In this document: piece after piece, positions 63,375 through 64,000 of the stretch
Layout: every line of letters begins with the position of its first letter
How positions within the stretch are numbered: position 1 is the first letter of the stretch
Assembly: GCA_001244265.2 (NCBI GenBank)
Contig: CDLV01000007.1
Coordinates: 2,108,001-2,172,000, forward strand
Source of the DNA: Microbotryum violaceum
Taxonomy: Eukaryota
Length of the DNA stretch: 64,000 bases
Direction of reading: 5' to 3'
Translations under genes and position numbers: made by a program
The notes under the pieces: model-generated
Databases searched by the model: none
Told to the model about the DNA's origin: nothing
The model's input: only the letters and a program-made list of their open reading frames with translations

Positions 63375-64000
63375 ATGTCCCTAGCGCGATCGTGCGGTCA
63401 TTTGGCGCGTCTTACCGGTGTGAGATCAACAACATCTACAGCACCCTCTTACTTCACACGGCCGACAGCAAGCCATCGATCAATACATGCCTTCACACCG
63501 ACCGCACCTCGTTCGTTTTCCTTAGCCTCTCGCACGATTCCCCGTGACGTTACTGGCTCAGCTGACCCCTTTCAACGGTGTTCTACAGTGCTGAAGAAGA
63601 AGGCAGGCAAGAAAAACGCTGCATCAGCCGTTTCCGATGCCTTTGACGCCTTAGAGTTCGAGGAGGACCTGATCGACGACATCGACAGCGAACCCACGAC
63701 CACCTCCACCTCCAACAACGGTAAATCAACATCCGACTACCCTTCCTTGCACGCCTACCTCTCTAAACGCCTCGAACTCCCCCACTTTGCCTTCAAATCC
63801 AACATCCCTTCCGTCTCCGCCGTCAAAGGGTTGTTGCACCTCACCGCGCGCGACGATCGTTCTAGGACCTTGCAACTGCTTAAACTGTGGCGTCAACGCA
63901 ACCTTCCTTACCCCAACAGCGAAACCTCGTCCGAATTCGTCCGTTCCTGGACGAGAATGAACGAAATCGAAGAGATGGTTCAAGTGCTCGCGCGAAGGGA
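63375..64000 (+). CDS. Hypothetical host protein, probable mitochondrial presequence, join(63375..63510,63589..>64000), runs off the window
   Basis: Arg/Ser/Thr-rich acid-free N-terminus (MSLARSCGHLARLTGVRS); intron GTTCGT...GCTGAC...CAG; open frame to the window end. Confidence 0.7.
   Translation, partial: MSLARSCGHLARLTGVRSTTSTAPSYFTRPTASHRSIHAFTPTAPRSFSLASRTIPRDVTGSADPFQRCSTVLKKKAGKKNAASAVSDAFDALEFEEDLIDDIDSEPTTTSTSNNGKSTSDYPSLHAYLSKRLELPHFAFKSNIPSVSAVKGLLHLTARDDRSRTLQLLKLWRQRNLPYPNSETSSEFVRSWTRMNEIEEMVQVLARR

Overview
Eukaryotic, fungal DNA. Short GT-AG introns with CTRAY branch points and the host genes point to a basidiomycete, possibly Microbotryomycetes-like (inference). About 85% of the window is transposon-derived. 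Positions 1-23270 are a deep LTR-retrotransposon nest: an intact, very young Ty1/Copia sits inside chromovirus Gypsy-B; Gypsy-B and the related Gypsy-C sit inside sushi/Tf-like Gypsy-A; Gypsy-A sits inside a decayed Copia-3, which abuts a minus-strand LTR of the B/C family. A host gene (24342-26736) and a Helitron remnant follow. Positions 28837-57515 are bracketed by 16-bp inverted ends. They hold an L1/Tx1-like LINE preceded by a full-length U2 snRNA-derived sequence, a Ulp1-like protease remnant, a second Helitron-type remnant, and a KDZ (Kyakuja-Dileera-Zisupton) transposon with 124-bp TIRs and an 8-bp TSD. The KDZ element itself contains a Copia, which contains a solo LTR and a truncated LINE. 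The window ends with three host genes (lysophospholipid acyltransferase, GH17 glucanase, a probable mitochondrial protein). The most striking pattern: LTRs of several distinct Gypsy and Copia families share an architecture in which a spliceosomal intron's 3' end is exactly duplicated just upstream of its own donor. Intron-length gain and loss variants are visible in the window, which suggests an intron that is spliced from the RNA yet rebuilt by strand transfer each replication cycle. All analyses were done by eye; no database searches were run.
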